DNA of 62,987 nucleotides, counting the filler, from Saprolegnia diclina VS20 (lineage: Eukaryota), in the NCBI RefSeq assembly GCF_000281045.1. It is 5 parts of 2 records of this genome, joined end to end, with 100 filler letters (N's around TTAATTAATTAA, not from the genome) between each part and the next. Parts side by side here need not be neighbours in the genome. Positions count along the whole stretch, not along the records: positions 40,390 to 58,496 come from NW_008246101.1; 4 more parts are not named here. One strand, written 5' to 3'. How positions within the stretch are numbered: position 1 is the stretch's first letter; the number at the start of each line of letters is the position of its first letter. Positions 47,442-58,596 of this stretch are shown in pieces. The position numbers were made by a program, and so were the translations under genes. The notes below the pieces were generated by a model, which did not search any database, had not been told where the DNA came from, and worked only from the letters and a program-made list of their open reading frames with translations.

Positions 47442-47451
47442 CAAGCTATCT

Positions 47452-48720
47452 CTAACTCAAGAACGGCTCGTCGCGAACGTTCTGGACGAGTTCGCGCACG
47501 CGGTGCACCTTGAAACTCGACGACCGCTTCTTGGGTGCGCCGGGTGTGGGTCGAGCGCCCCGCGGCGCGTCGCTCGGCGGTGGCTTGGGCTTGCACTCGT
47601 CGAGCCCGAGCCTTCGGCGCTCGATTGTCTCATCTGCCTTGGCCATGCGGTCCTGGAGCTGCGCTTGCTCGTCCTATAGAATATCCATAGGATGCTTACA
47701 GGCTGCATGTTTGTGTCTACTTGGTCTATCCACGCCTCTTCCAAAGCTCTTCGAAAGTCGTTGAGGTCCTTCATCGACGGCAGCGGCGCCGGGGCCTTGC
47801 GCGTGTCTTCTTCGATCAGATCTTGCTCCATGTCCAAGCACCCCTAGTGAGCCATGAGCGCGGTCTATTGTATCAATGTATCAACCTGGATAAAGTCAAT
47901 GTCGTCGAGGAGCTGGGAGTTTTCCTCGAGAAGCGCGTCCCGTAGCTTGTCCTTGACGGCGTCAATTTGTCGAATGTCGACGCAGCCCTAGTCCAGCATC
48001 TCTCGGAACAGCACATGTCGACGTGAGAACGCACGAGGTCTTCAAGGACCGCGGGGGCCGACGCGATCGACGCCGTCGAGCCGCGTGAGAGCAGGCCGCT
48101 CCGCGACGGTGGCCGCGACTGCGCCGTCGACGGTCGCTTCTTGTCGGCCGTGCCCGGGCGTATCAAGACGCCTTGGTCGCTCGGTGGGTACACGGAGACG
48201 TGATAGTCCTTCATGCGCGGTGTCACGAGCCCCGATGACGACGCGAATGACGACTCGTTCTGCTGCTCCTCGTCCTGAGCGTGCAGGATGTAGCCAAAGA
48301 GCGCCTTATCGCGCTCCGAGCGCAGCAGCAGCGGTTTGTTCTTCTCGGTAAGATTGCTTGCGAGAAGCTTGAGCTGGTCGAGGAGCAGAGCGCGGCCTGG
48401 GGGCTCGGGCAGCGCCGGTCGACTCACGATCGCCTCCTACATCCCACTCGTGGATCTCGCATGCATCGAGACGCGTACTCGAATGCAATCGTTTTGGCGC
48501 TGGTAGTCCCCTAAGATCTGAACAAACGCCTGCAGCTCCTTGTTGAGCCCCTAGCTCGATGTGAGCGCTTCGCCATGGGGATCGAGAGTCGGACCTCGTT
48601 CTCGTCAATGTAGCGCGTGCCAAGGACATGCCGGAGCTCGTTGATTTCAGCCGGGTTGGCCGATCGCTTGAGCTCGTCCCAGAGCAGCGGCCGGACGTAA
48701 AAGACGGCAGGCGTGTGCAT
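47452..48720 (-). CDS. CCDC24-like coiled-coil protein, multi-exon
   Basis: LWDELK...EINELRHVLG..IDENE and IRQIDAVKDKLRDALLEENSQLLDDIDFIQ resemble the conserved CCDC24 blocks. Confidence 0.6.
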
Positions 48721-49038
48721 CCTCTGCTTGCGCCCGGTCCGTTGTGACCTCGAGAGTCCTAATTATAGGACCCTAGCCCGCTATAAATCTAGTACCATTG
48801 TAGTAACTAGAATGCTAGCACGTCGCCCATTCTCTCGTCAGTCAAGCAGCGTAGCTCCTTTGCGAGTCGTTCGAGTCATCAGGATACCATCGTATAACCC
48901 AAATACTCGTATCTCTATGCAGACAAACTAGTCGTTTGGTCTAGTCGTTATTCGACTATATCAATGTCGAGTCAAGGGAAGGAGACAGGTACCGACATGC
49001 TTCTGTTGCTTCTTCACACGATGGTCGTGGCAGCTGCA

Positions 49039-50697
49039 TTAGCTGTTGGCGCTTGTGAGCATGGTCGTCGGCTCGGTGGCTTCGAGATGGACGTCCACCG
49101 AAGCTGTACTTCTTGCTTCTTGGTGTCGCCGGTGCACTGACACTCGCGTCGATGCAGCGCCAAACACGGGCATCAAATGCTGTTGATCAAACGCATGCCA
49201 GCACTCGATCATACGGGCAAAGCGGGCGTGCAGCCGACTCTGGTGGGTTACGTCATCGGCCGCGGCTTCGCTCGGACGCTCGCTCTCGTCGATACGCAAG
49301 CTCTCTTGGCTTACCGACCGGTGGCGCACCGGCACCGGCTTCGCCGTCTCGTGGTCGCATTCGGGCAAAACCGCGAGTCGGTCCGACGAGAGAGCTGGTG
49401 GCGTCGGGCGCTGGGAGAGGTTAAGTGCTCGGAGGAGCGGACCCGTCATACCGCCAATCAGCCACGTGGTCGACATGACCACAAAGAGCGTTGTCGTCAT
49501 CATGAGCTTGCGGTGCGACGTGCCATTCGCATCGGTATACGACCACGTGGTGACGAGCGCAAACGAGACGGCGCCGCGGAGGCCCGTGAACCAAATGACA
49601 AGCAGCATCGGGCGCGTGATCTGCACCGAGGGCACGCGGTAGGTGTTGACCCAGCGCAGGAGCGGGAACGTGTTGAGGGCCCGCCCGAGGAGGAGCATCA
49701 CACACGTCCACGCGACGAATCGCCAGTCCAAGTCGGTGTAATGGATCTTGTCGGCGTCGGCGACTTGGACAAAGCAGAGGCTGGCCGAGACGCCCATGCA
49801 TACGTACACGAGGCTCTCGGCGACGAACGCCGCAGCTTCGAGCGCGTGGTGAAAGAACGTTTGGCCTGGCGGCGACATGACCGGGTACATGTAGTGGGCG
49901 GTGAGCATCCCAGAGAAGAAGAGCGCGACAATGCCGCTGAGATGGCACGCATCGGCGGCAAAGTAGGTCAGAAAAGCCAGCAGAAAACACACGAGCACCT
50001 CGTACACGGGGTAGTGTCGGAGGTGGCGCACGCGGGCAAAGCCGTAGGCGCCGCTGAGCAGCAGCGCGATCGAGATGCCAATGGACCCGAGCAAGATGCT
50101 AAACGTTTGGAGAAGCACTTGGAGCAGCACGCCAAGTGAGACCGAGCGGGACGACTCGTACGCGAGAAGCGACTGGTAGAGCGCGATTGCGACGGCGTCG
50201 TTCAGGACGCTTTCGCCAAACACAATGTTGAAGAGGAGCGGTGGCACGTGCAGCTTGCTAAAGCACGCTAGCGTCGCGACAGGATCGACCGCGGAAATGA
50301 GTGCGCCAAAGAGACAGGCTTCGACCCACTCGAGCTGCGGCCCGGCGCCGGCGTGACCAGCGAGGTAGAGCCCGAGGCCTATGACGCCGGCCGAGATGAG
50401 CGTGCCGAGAATCGCCGTGAGGAGGATGGCGCCGACGTTCTGAAAGAAGGCGAGGCGCTGCACCGAGAAGCCCGCCTCGTAAATGATGGGCGGCAGCAGC
50501 ACGTCAAAAAAGATGGTGTACTGGAAGCCGAGCCGCTGGTACAAGGCCGGGTCCGTTGCGATCGCAAGGCCGCAGAGCACGCCGACGAGCAGCGCCATAC
50601 CGCTCTTGGAGAGGAGCGTGCATTGGGTCGCGTCCAGCGCCAGCGAGATGAGGACGAGCAGCAGGAGCAGCCCGAGGAGCACGAGCGAGCTCTCCAT
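49039..50697 (-). CDS. Na+/H+ exchanger (CPA1/NHE family), intronless
   Basis: FFDVLLPPIIYEAG, FGALISAVDPVATL, VFGESVLNDAVAI, LSGIVALFF, WFTGLRGAVSFAL. An alternative ATG lies at 50802. Confidence 0.93.
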   Translation of the reverse strand: MESSLVLLGLLLLLVLISLALDATQCTLLSKSGMALLVGVLCGLAIATDPALYQRLGFQYTIFFDVLLPPIIYEAGFSVQRLAFFQNVGAILLTAILGTLISAGVIGLGLYLAGHAGAGPQLEWVEACLFGALISAVDPVATLACFSKLHVPPLLFNIVFGESVLNDAVAIALYQSLLAYESSRSVSLGVLLQVLLQTFSILLGSIGISIALLLSGAYGFARVRHLRHYPVYEVLVCFLLAFLTYFAADACHLSGIVALFFSGMLTAHYMYPVMSPPGQTFFHHALEAAAFVAESLVYVCMGVSASLCFVQVADADKIHYTDLDWRFVAWTCVMLLLGRALNTFPLLRWVNTYRVPSVQITRPMLLVIWFTGLRGAVSFALVTTWSYTDANGTSHRKLMMTTTLFVVMSTTWLIGGMTGPLLRALNLSQRPTPPALSSDRLAVLPECDHETAKPVPVRHRSVSQESLRIDESERPSEAAADDVTHQSRLHARFARMIECWHAFDQQHLMPVFGAASTRVSVHRRHQEARSTASVDVHLEATEPTTMLTSANS

Positions 50698-51094
50698 CGG
50701 TGCAATGTGGCTCTGGCATCCGGACGATCCGCCGGATACGACCGCCGTTTCACGGTACACGAATATAGTGTTTTCTGAACCGCTCACTCGCGGTTGGGAC
50801 ATTGGGACAAACCAGCACTGTGTGCCACAGTATGCGCGGCCAAGGAGGTCGGGGGTAGAAACGTTTGGGTGACAGCGTGGCACCCAGAGGTATATGCATA
50901 TATAGCGTGTGGACAATACTAGATAGGGTCCCGCAGGCTCTAGTCGTGCAGACGCAGAGGCTTTTGCCCGTCGATATAGGTTTGTCCCAAGTGAATTCAC
51001 ACACTATTAGGGTGAAATCAAATGGTGTGTCTTCTGGTTTCACCGCCTATAATTACACAGCGCCTCAAGATCCCGATTCGTTGCCGACTGGAGC

Positions 51095-54000
51095 ATGGAG
51101 ACGCGTACGAGGCCATGCGACGATGAGGCCGATGATCTCATGGAGGAGTAGAGAGTCGGTCGGTCACCAAGGCCAAGTCGCGCAAGGCGAAGCGCGGGAA
51201 GAAGGCGGGCAGCCCCAAGCACGAGACAGCCGGCGACGACGATGGCGTCCGCGCAGCCGAAACCACGGCTCCAGACGACGCCGATGAGTTCTTCGATGCA
51301 GGTAGAGACGTAGCTATGATGGCGATGCAACTGACAGAGCGATGGCGTAGACGCGAGCATCGTCGAGTCGCCGGCGGATGTCGAGGTCGAGGCCGAGCCC
51401 ACGATTCGCCGTACGTCCGTCCACTTGCATCACCGCGTAGCATTGGTCTTTGCGTAGACTTGGGAAGCGACGATGGAACGTACTTTGACACACTCGCCGG
51501 CGAATTGGCAGCGCACGAGGCCGACGACGCGGACGAGACGCTCATGGACGCCGTGGCCGCCGACGCCGAGGCGAGCGCCGAGAGCGAGGCTGCGGATGGT
51601 ACACTTGATTCGACTCGTGAAGTCTTCATGGAGCTTGCTACCGGTAGAGCCCATCTTCGACGCCGAGGCGAACGAAGCGACCGACCTCGCCGAAGGTAAA
51701 GAACGCGGAATGGCGTCCATGTAATGTAAAATTGCTCTAGAACCAACCGAAGACGCACCCACTGAAGTCACCAGTCTTGATGAAGAAGCCATTGCCGACA
51801 ACGACGCGATGCAAGATGGCGATGATGACGCTGGCGCGCTGGAAGCATGCGACGTGGCCAGCACCGAGCCAAGCACGGAGGAAGCTGCGGAGTCAACGGT
51901 AGACGACACGGATGCAGTCGCCGACGAAGCACTGCCCAGTACCGACGAGGCAGACGACGCACCATTCAGCCATGTGGTGACGGACGACACATCACCCCTC
52001 GAGACCGTGGACGCCGTTGAGCCCATCGACGCGCCAGCTGATGATGATGGGACGTTGCTGGACGAAGCGGCGGTCCTGCCTCTCGACAATGAGGAAGTGA
52101 TCGATGTGCCATCGCTTGAGACCGAGGCAGCTGCACCGTCGCTGGAAGAGGCAACGGACGAGCCACCACCTGTCGACAACGCCGACGATAGCAACGAGAT
52201 GGAAACGCTCGAGGACGCCACCGACGCGATCGCCTTGGCGGAGTGCGAAGCCACCGACGAAGGCGACGTTGCAGAGCTTCTGACTCTCGATGACACGGCG
52301 GCAACCGACGTCAGTGAAGCACAAGACAGCGCAGTGCCAGATGCAGGCACCGAGGACGGCAACACTGGCTTCGATTCTGAGGACGCTCCCGAAGCAGTGG
52401 CACCAGAGCATGCGGTCGACGACACTCCAGTGGAGAACAGCGAGGGTGGTGACGACGGCCAAGAGACATTGACGATGTCGGCCGCTGACGAAACCACCAA
52501 TCACGTCGTTGCGTTTCCCGACAGTTCTGATGAAGCCACTGCACCCGTCGATGATGTCGGCGAGACCGACGAGGTCGCGTCACCGGCGGAAGAAGTGCTC
52601 GAGGCAGCAGAGTCTATCGCAGACGGCTTGCCCCTCGACGAGGCGCCAGGCTCCGATGTTGTCGAAGCTGTGGCAGTCGAGGTCGAGACCTCGACCGACC
52701 TGCCCGTCGAGCCCAGCACTGTTGATGAAGTGGAAACCATGGTGGCGCCACTGTCCATGGACGACGACGAAGAGGAAGATGCAGTCGTACCGCCGCCGGC
52801 GCCCGTCGACGCGCCGCGTCCTGTGACCGAGCGTCTTTTGAGTAGCAAGACGCAGTTTGAAGGGGTGCTCAACCCCGGTCACGACAGCGAGTCCGACTCG
52901 GAGGACGACGATGTACACTTGTAGTCTTAGTGCTTTTGAGTGCGAAATGCTCTGTAGGCGGACGCTACGCCGGTGCCCGAGCCACTCAACCTTCGCGCCA
53001 CAGTGGTCGACGACGACGAACTCGAGGTCAACGTCGAGATCGCCCAAACCATAACCAAGGCTGCACCGGCCAACCCGCTGGCCGCCGCCATGGCGACTGC
53101 CGTCGCTGAGACCGCAATGGTGCCAGAGACAGCGGTGGCCACCGATTCAATCGCGTTCTCTGCGTTTGACGAGCCGGATCCCAGTGCGTCGGCGGATGTC
53201 TTTGGCATTGCCTACGAAAAGGTCCAGCGACCGACGGCGGCAGCAACCGCGGGGTACTCGATCGGTGACGGGTTCGACGAGCCCGATGTACCGCTCTACT
53301 CGGCCAAGTCGACACGCGACGACAGCGGCGCCGATGACTTTGAAGTCGTCGAGCTCCAGCCGTCCCAAGTGCTCGACGTTGAAAAGACACGCGCGGCGTT
53401 GCAGGCCCGCGACGAGGCTTCGGAGCGAGCGCTCCTCGAGCAAATGCAAGCGGCGACACGCGCCGAGCGTAGTCAGAATGCTCGATCGGATACACCTGTC
53501 TTCCCTGCGACTGCCAACGACGGGTCCTTGGCGACCGGGCCCACCGTGCTCGCCGAGGTACTGAAGTTGTCGTTGTATCAATGTATCAAGAGATTGACAC
53601 ATAGATGCACGACATGTACAAGCGGGGTTTGGGCGACCAGGAAGTGGCACAGATAACGAACACGGCAGCGTCGCCGGCGCCAAGTCATGAACTCCTCGAG
53701 GAAGACGAAGACGCAATGGACGAAGAAGACGACCGCGAGCGCCGTGCGTTGGCGCAGCAGCGTCAAGAAGAGATGGCCCATGAAGCCGAGTGGGAACATC
53801 TCCAGACGTTCCAAGACGCACCGCGCGAGGTCGCATTCCGTGTCATCAAGTGGAACGAAGCGCTCGAGCACTTTGGCTCGTCGTCCTACTGTCTGGCATA
53901 CCGCGAAGCCATCGTGGTCGCCGACGACTCGGGGCGCACCGGGTGTTTTGCATGCTTCCGCGGGCCGACGCTAGCGTTTCCGATGGCCAGCAACCAGCGC

Positions 54001-54771
54001 GAACTGCTCTTTTGCATTGCCATGTGCAGCTTCAACAGCGCGATTCCCGAGCACTACCGCATGCTGCAGACCGTGTACCAGAAGGTGCGTCCATAGCTGG
54101 GAACTCGAGCATACGATGTATGTAGATCACCCACTGCCGCAACGAGTGCCCCCTCACGGGGTCGCACTGGGAAGTGCTCGGCTTCCAAGGCAACGACCCG
54201 GCCACGGACCTCCGCGGTGCTGGCATGCTCTCGCTCCTCCAAGTGCTCTACCTTATCGAGAACCACTACGAGATATCCTTTTCACCTGCCGCATGTTGCA
54301 TGTGATCCTAGCTTCGTGGCCTTGACAATGTGTACATTCTCGCCAAGTTCCATTATGCGTCCAAGCACGAAGAGCACCATTTCCCCATGATGTGCGTGCT
54401 CATCAACATGACGCTGCATACGATGCTCGCGCTGCGCTCGGGCGCGCTCATCCCCGCATGCAACCGCCACAAGGACGTGGCCGCCGGCATGAACCAGGTA
54501 TGAGAACATGGCTGCATGACGATCGCTCATGGCGCGCTAGCTGTACGTGTCGATGGTCGTCAAGCTCCTCTCCGAGTGGCAGACCAAGGCGTGCGCGGAC
54601 GCTGCGTTCCCGATGGTCATGAAGGACGTGCTCGACCTCGGGAAGGACAACCCGCTTCGGCTCATCGCCGAGATGGAGCATGTGATCCGAACGTTGAGCC
54701 ACCGGACGACGGCGACGACGAGCCCGGACGAGCTGGACGGCGAAGTGGTCGACTTTACCGATATCGAATGA
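51095..54771 (+). CDS. ELMO-domain (ELMOD3-like ARF/ARL GAP) protein with a very long acidic disordered N-terminus, multi-exon
   Basis: C-terminal exons encode HYRMLQTVYQK, GSHWEVLGFQGNDPATDLRGAGMLSLLQ and FPMMCVLINMT. N-terminal exons are D/E/A/T-rich. The start and N-terminal exon joins are approximate. Confidence 0.78.
54273..54335 (+). other. U12-type (minor spliceosome) AT-AC intron
   Basis: 5' site ATATCCTTT, branch site CCTTGAC at 54320-54326 and terminal AC. Removal joins NHYE|ILAKFHY in frame and removes an in-frame TGA. Confidence 0.85.
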
Positions 54772-54830
54772 CGATCTAGTGTATTCTCTTCTTCTTCTTC
54801 TGGTGTCTAATATTGTCGTGGCGAGAGGAC

Positions 54831-55214
54831 TTAGTAGCTCGTCGTCTCGTTGAGCCACTTCTCGAGGCCCTTGATGGGCTTGGCCTTGAGGAGCGCGGCT
54901 CTGTGTTCTTCAATCTTCTTGTCCATGCCCGCCATCGCGGTTTGGATCTTCTTGACGCGGTCGACCTCACGGCGCTCGTTGGCGTGGCCCTTGGGCGTGC
55001 GCATGACGTTGTGCTGCTTGGGCAGGTCCCACGCCGCGAGCCAGCCGCCCTCGCCGGCCGTCCACGTACCAATCGTGCCCTTCTGGACCGCGACCTTCTT
55101 CACGTTGGCCTGCTGGCGGAGCGACAGCATCGGCTTGACCCAGCGGCCCTTGACGAGCGTCGGGCGCAGCGCCTTGGCGGCTTCGTCGGCGCTGAGCTGC
55201 AGGAACCGTTGCAT
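54831..55214 (-). CDS. Mitochondrial ribosomal protein mL59 (yeast MRPL25-like)
   Basis: GRWVKPMLSLRQQANVKK and PKGHANER...RVKKIQTAMAGM. Confidence 0.8.
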   Translation of the reverse strand: MQRFLQLSADEAAKALRPTLVKGRWVKPMLSLRQQANVKKVAVQKGTIGTWTAGEGGWLAAWDLPKQHNVMRTPKGHANERREVDRVKKIQTAMAGMDKKIEEHRAALLKAKPIKGLEKWLNETTSY

Positions 55215-56063
55215 CCTTCGAGGCCAATTGATTATGCTCCATTCGCTTGCACCTGCCCGGCGAGCGCACTTGACCGAACCTTTTTTGAATCATTCTTTAT
55301 CATACAAATGCCAAGGTATTTTTATTGTATGCTGTTCCGACGGCGTACCTAATAAATAATCCTATATTTATTCTATCAGTACTTTAGTATGCACAAGCAA
55401 GAATAGATTTATAAAAATACGCACTTGAGAGAGTGCAATCTTGACCAGGCGCGTCTAAATTCGGCATTGGGATGCCGAAATTAGCCGATGCTAATCAAGC
55501 ACCGCAGAAACAGCGCAGCGATCACGTGTCGACTGCCTGCTCGAGCAACACGCTACCTTGATGCGCTAAAGAAGTGATCCCATGTACTTGAATTGACGTT
55601 AGAGATGCCAAGACTCGATGATCCAAGAGCTGTCATACCGGTAGTGTAGCTGTGGCCCGCAATCATTGACGAGTGCCACCAGTTTCACCTCGCTTGGCCT
55701 CGCCGTCTACTCCTACGGCACATATATCTATTGAGGCCATAGATGCTGCAGACTTGCTGCGCGTACTCTGAGCCATCGATGCCTCTCAGCTCGGTGGGAT
55801 GCTTTTACCGTACGCGGAATGCCACCAAGTTCCAGCACCTTCTACGAGCACAAGGATCGGTGATCATTTTGACGTCCGCTCTCCAACAGGTATCCTTCCC
55901 GCAAGGCCTTGCTTGTAGTCTCGTTGAGTCTCGTGGAGTCTCGGCCTAGCTTCGATGGATTTGATTTGTTTGTGGCACATGCCGAAAACAACGTTTTCTG
56001 GAATGTCGAACTTAGCCCGTCGACGCGAATCTTTCGCATTTTCCGACTTGCCGCAACGAGACG

Positions 56064-57039
56064 ATGGCCGACGAACGCTTCGACGGGCTCCTCCTGCAGA
56101 TGGCGCAGCAGCAGCAGGGCATTGAGCCCATGCTCACGAGCGTCTTCTCGTTCTTGCGCCGCAAGACCGACTTCTACGCCGGCGCGTCCCAGGACAAGGT
56201 CGAGCAAATGGTGCTGAACGTCCTGCGGCGCGAAGCGGCGCTGGCCGAGCGCGAGCGCTACGACCGCAAGCAGCAAGAAGAGAAGGAGAAGAAGAAGCGT
56301 CTCGAGGCCCAGAAGAAGAAGGATGCAGACGACGCGGCGCGCAAGGCGGCCGAGATGGAGTCGCGCTTTGAAGAGATCGTCGACGAGCAGCCGGCGCCTG
56401 TGCTGGAGGCCAAGCCCATCGCGACGCCTACGCCCGCGCCTACCAACAACCCTGCAGACAACGACGACGATGATGATGCGTCTCCGCCGCTCGAGGGCAA
56501 CGGCGGCAAGACCGAGCACTACGTCTGGACGCAGACGTTGCAGGAGGCGCATGTGTCGATCGCGGTGCCCAACGGCACGACGTCGCGCCAGGTGTTTGCC
56601 GACATCCGCGCCAAGACGCTCAAGGTCGGCCTCAAGGGCCAGCCACTTCTCGTCGACGGCGAGCTTCACAAGCGCGTCAAGGTCGAAGATTCGTTCTGGA
56701 CGCTCGAGGACGGGAACCGCATTTGCATCTACCTCCAAAAGGAAAACCAAATGGAGTGGTGGAAGAATGTGATCCAAGGCGACCCGGAGATCAACACGAA
56801 GAAGGTGCAGCCAGAGAACTCGAAGCTCAGCGACTTGGACGGCGACACGCGTCAGACGGTCGAGAAGATGATGGTACGCCCTTTGATCCACCGCATCTAC
56901 TCATGCCATGGCGTAGTTTGACCAGCGCCAGAAGCAGATGGGTCTGCCCACGAGCGACGAGCTCAGCAAGCAAGAGATTTTGAAAAAGTTTATGGCCGCC
57001 CACCCCGAAATGGACTTTAGCAAGGCCAAGCTCAACTAG
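56064..57039 (+). CDS. NUDC: Nuclear migration protein NudC (CS/p23 domain), intron ~56873-56916
   Basis: [23 protein letters not shown]...[37 protein letters not shown] and [10 protein letters not shown]. Confidence 0.96.
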
Positions 57040-57132
57040 CTCACTCGACTGTATACAACACTTGCCCCGTCTCTCTCATGTGGCTTGCGTCTCGGCTGCT
57101 TGGAGCATCTCCACATACAACGCTGGGATCCA

Positions 57133-58496
57133 CTAGACGCGGAGGTACCCCTGGCCCTCGACGTAACGCAAGAGCTTGGCTTGCTTGGGCAACGGGGTTT
57201 CGGCGCCGGCGTTGATGGCGACACCGATGCGCGTCGATGGCGGGCAGATCGCAATGTAGCGAGCGTAGCCGCCGAGGCCACCGCGGAGTTTGGGGAAGCC
57301 CATCTGCACGAGGCAGCCCGTCTCTGGCACACCGTCGAGGTCCGCGACGCCTTCGGCTTGGGTGTAGCCGTTCTGGAGGAGCCACGCCTCCGACTCGAGC
57401 GTCGGACTCGTGTCCGTATCGAGTGGTTCGTGCCCATGGAAGAGGATCGAGCGGTTCAGATGGAGGAACTGCACCGACGCCAACGACTGCCCAGGAAACG
57501 GAAACTGCGCCGCAAGCTCCTGCGGTGGCACGACGCCCCATTGCTTGGCCCAGTCGGAGCGGACAAAGACGACCGCCCCTCTCGGAATCTTCGTCTTGAA
57601 CGTCTTTTCCCAGCTCAAAATGTCGGCGACTTGAAGCTGGTAGCCAGCATCGGCCTTGACCTTGTCGACAATACCGAGCACGACCAGCGGGCGCACGGCG
57701 AACGTCGGCGGGAGCTCATCAATCGCTGCATAATCCGGGTGCCAGTGCGCGGGCGGGTCCAGTTGCGTGCCAAACTGGTCGGTCTCAAACCGGTAGTCCA
57801 TACCAGCAAACCCGTCCGCTGCCCACGTATACGGCTCGCCGGACGTCGCGTTCGTCGCACGCCGAAACTGCGCCGGCGGCGTCGGGAAGCCCGACCACAC
57901 GGGCGTCTCGGGTGACATGGTGTGCGTCAGGTCAATGTGCTTGGCCCGAGCGAACGCGCTCGTAAACATCCTCCAGAGGCGAAGGTCGTGGCACGCCGCT
58001 CGTTCCGTCGTCGTCGTCGTCACCGAAACGTTGCGGGACGACGACGGTGGCGCCCGGAGGTAGCCGTGGCCAGGATAGAACACGAGCGGCGCCGCTTCCT
58101 TGGGCATGGGTGCTTCGGGCGTCAAGGCGATGCGACGACCGTAGGGCCACGATGCCGGGCAAATAGCGACAAAGCGCGCCAGCCCACCGAGGCCGCCGCG
58201 GAGTTTGGGGTACGAGATGCTCACGAGGCAGCCGACCGGCGCGACGAGATGCAAGTTGGTGAGCCCCTCGGCTTGGGTGTAGCCGTTGGTGAGCAGCCAG
58301 CCTTCGGTCTCGAGCGTCGGCGTCGTGTCGGCGTCCAGTGGTTCGTGCCCGTGGAAGAGGATCGAGCGGTTCAGATGGAGGAACTGCACCGACGCCAACG
58401 ACTGCCCGGGAAACGGGAATTGTTCGGCGAGCTCGGCTGGCGGCACGGTATCCCACTGCTTGGACCAGTCGGAGCGGACAAAGACGACCGCCCCTT
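57133..58496 (-). CDS. Cyclase-family (kynurenine formamidase/isatin hydrolase-like) metal-dependent hydrolase with two tandem domains; 5' end lost in gap
   Basis: IDLTHTMSPETPVW.GF, QFGTQLDPPAH, IPRGAVVFVRSDW, FPFPG, GHEPLDTD and GGLGGYAR. The C-terminal half of a first domain precedes a complete second domain in one intronless frame. Confidence 0.85.
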
Positions 58497-58596
58497 NNNN
58501 NNNNNNNNNNNNNNNNNNNNNNNNNNNNNNNNNNNNNNNNTTAATTAATTAANNNNNNNNNNNNNNNNNNNNNNNNNNNNNNNNNNNNNNNNNNNN
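58497..58596. other. Assembly spacer (N44-TTAATTAATTAA-N44)
   Basis: Six-frame stop linker in an N-run. Confidence 0.97.
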
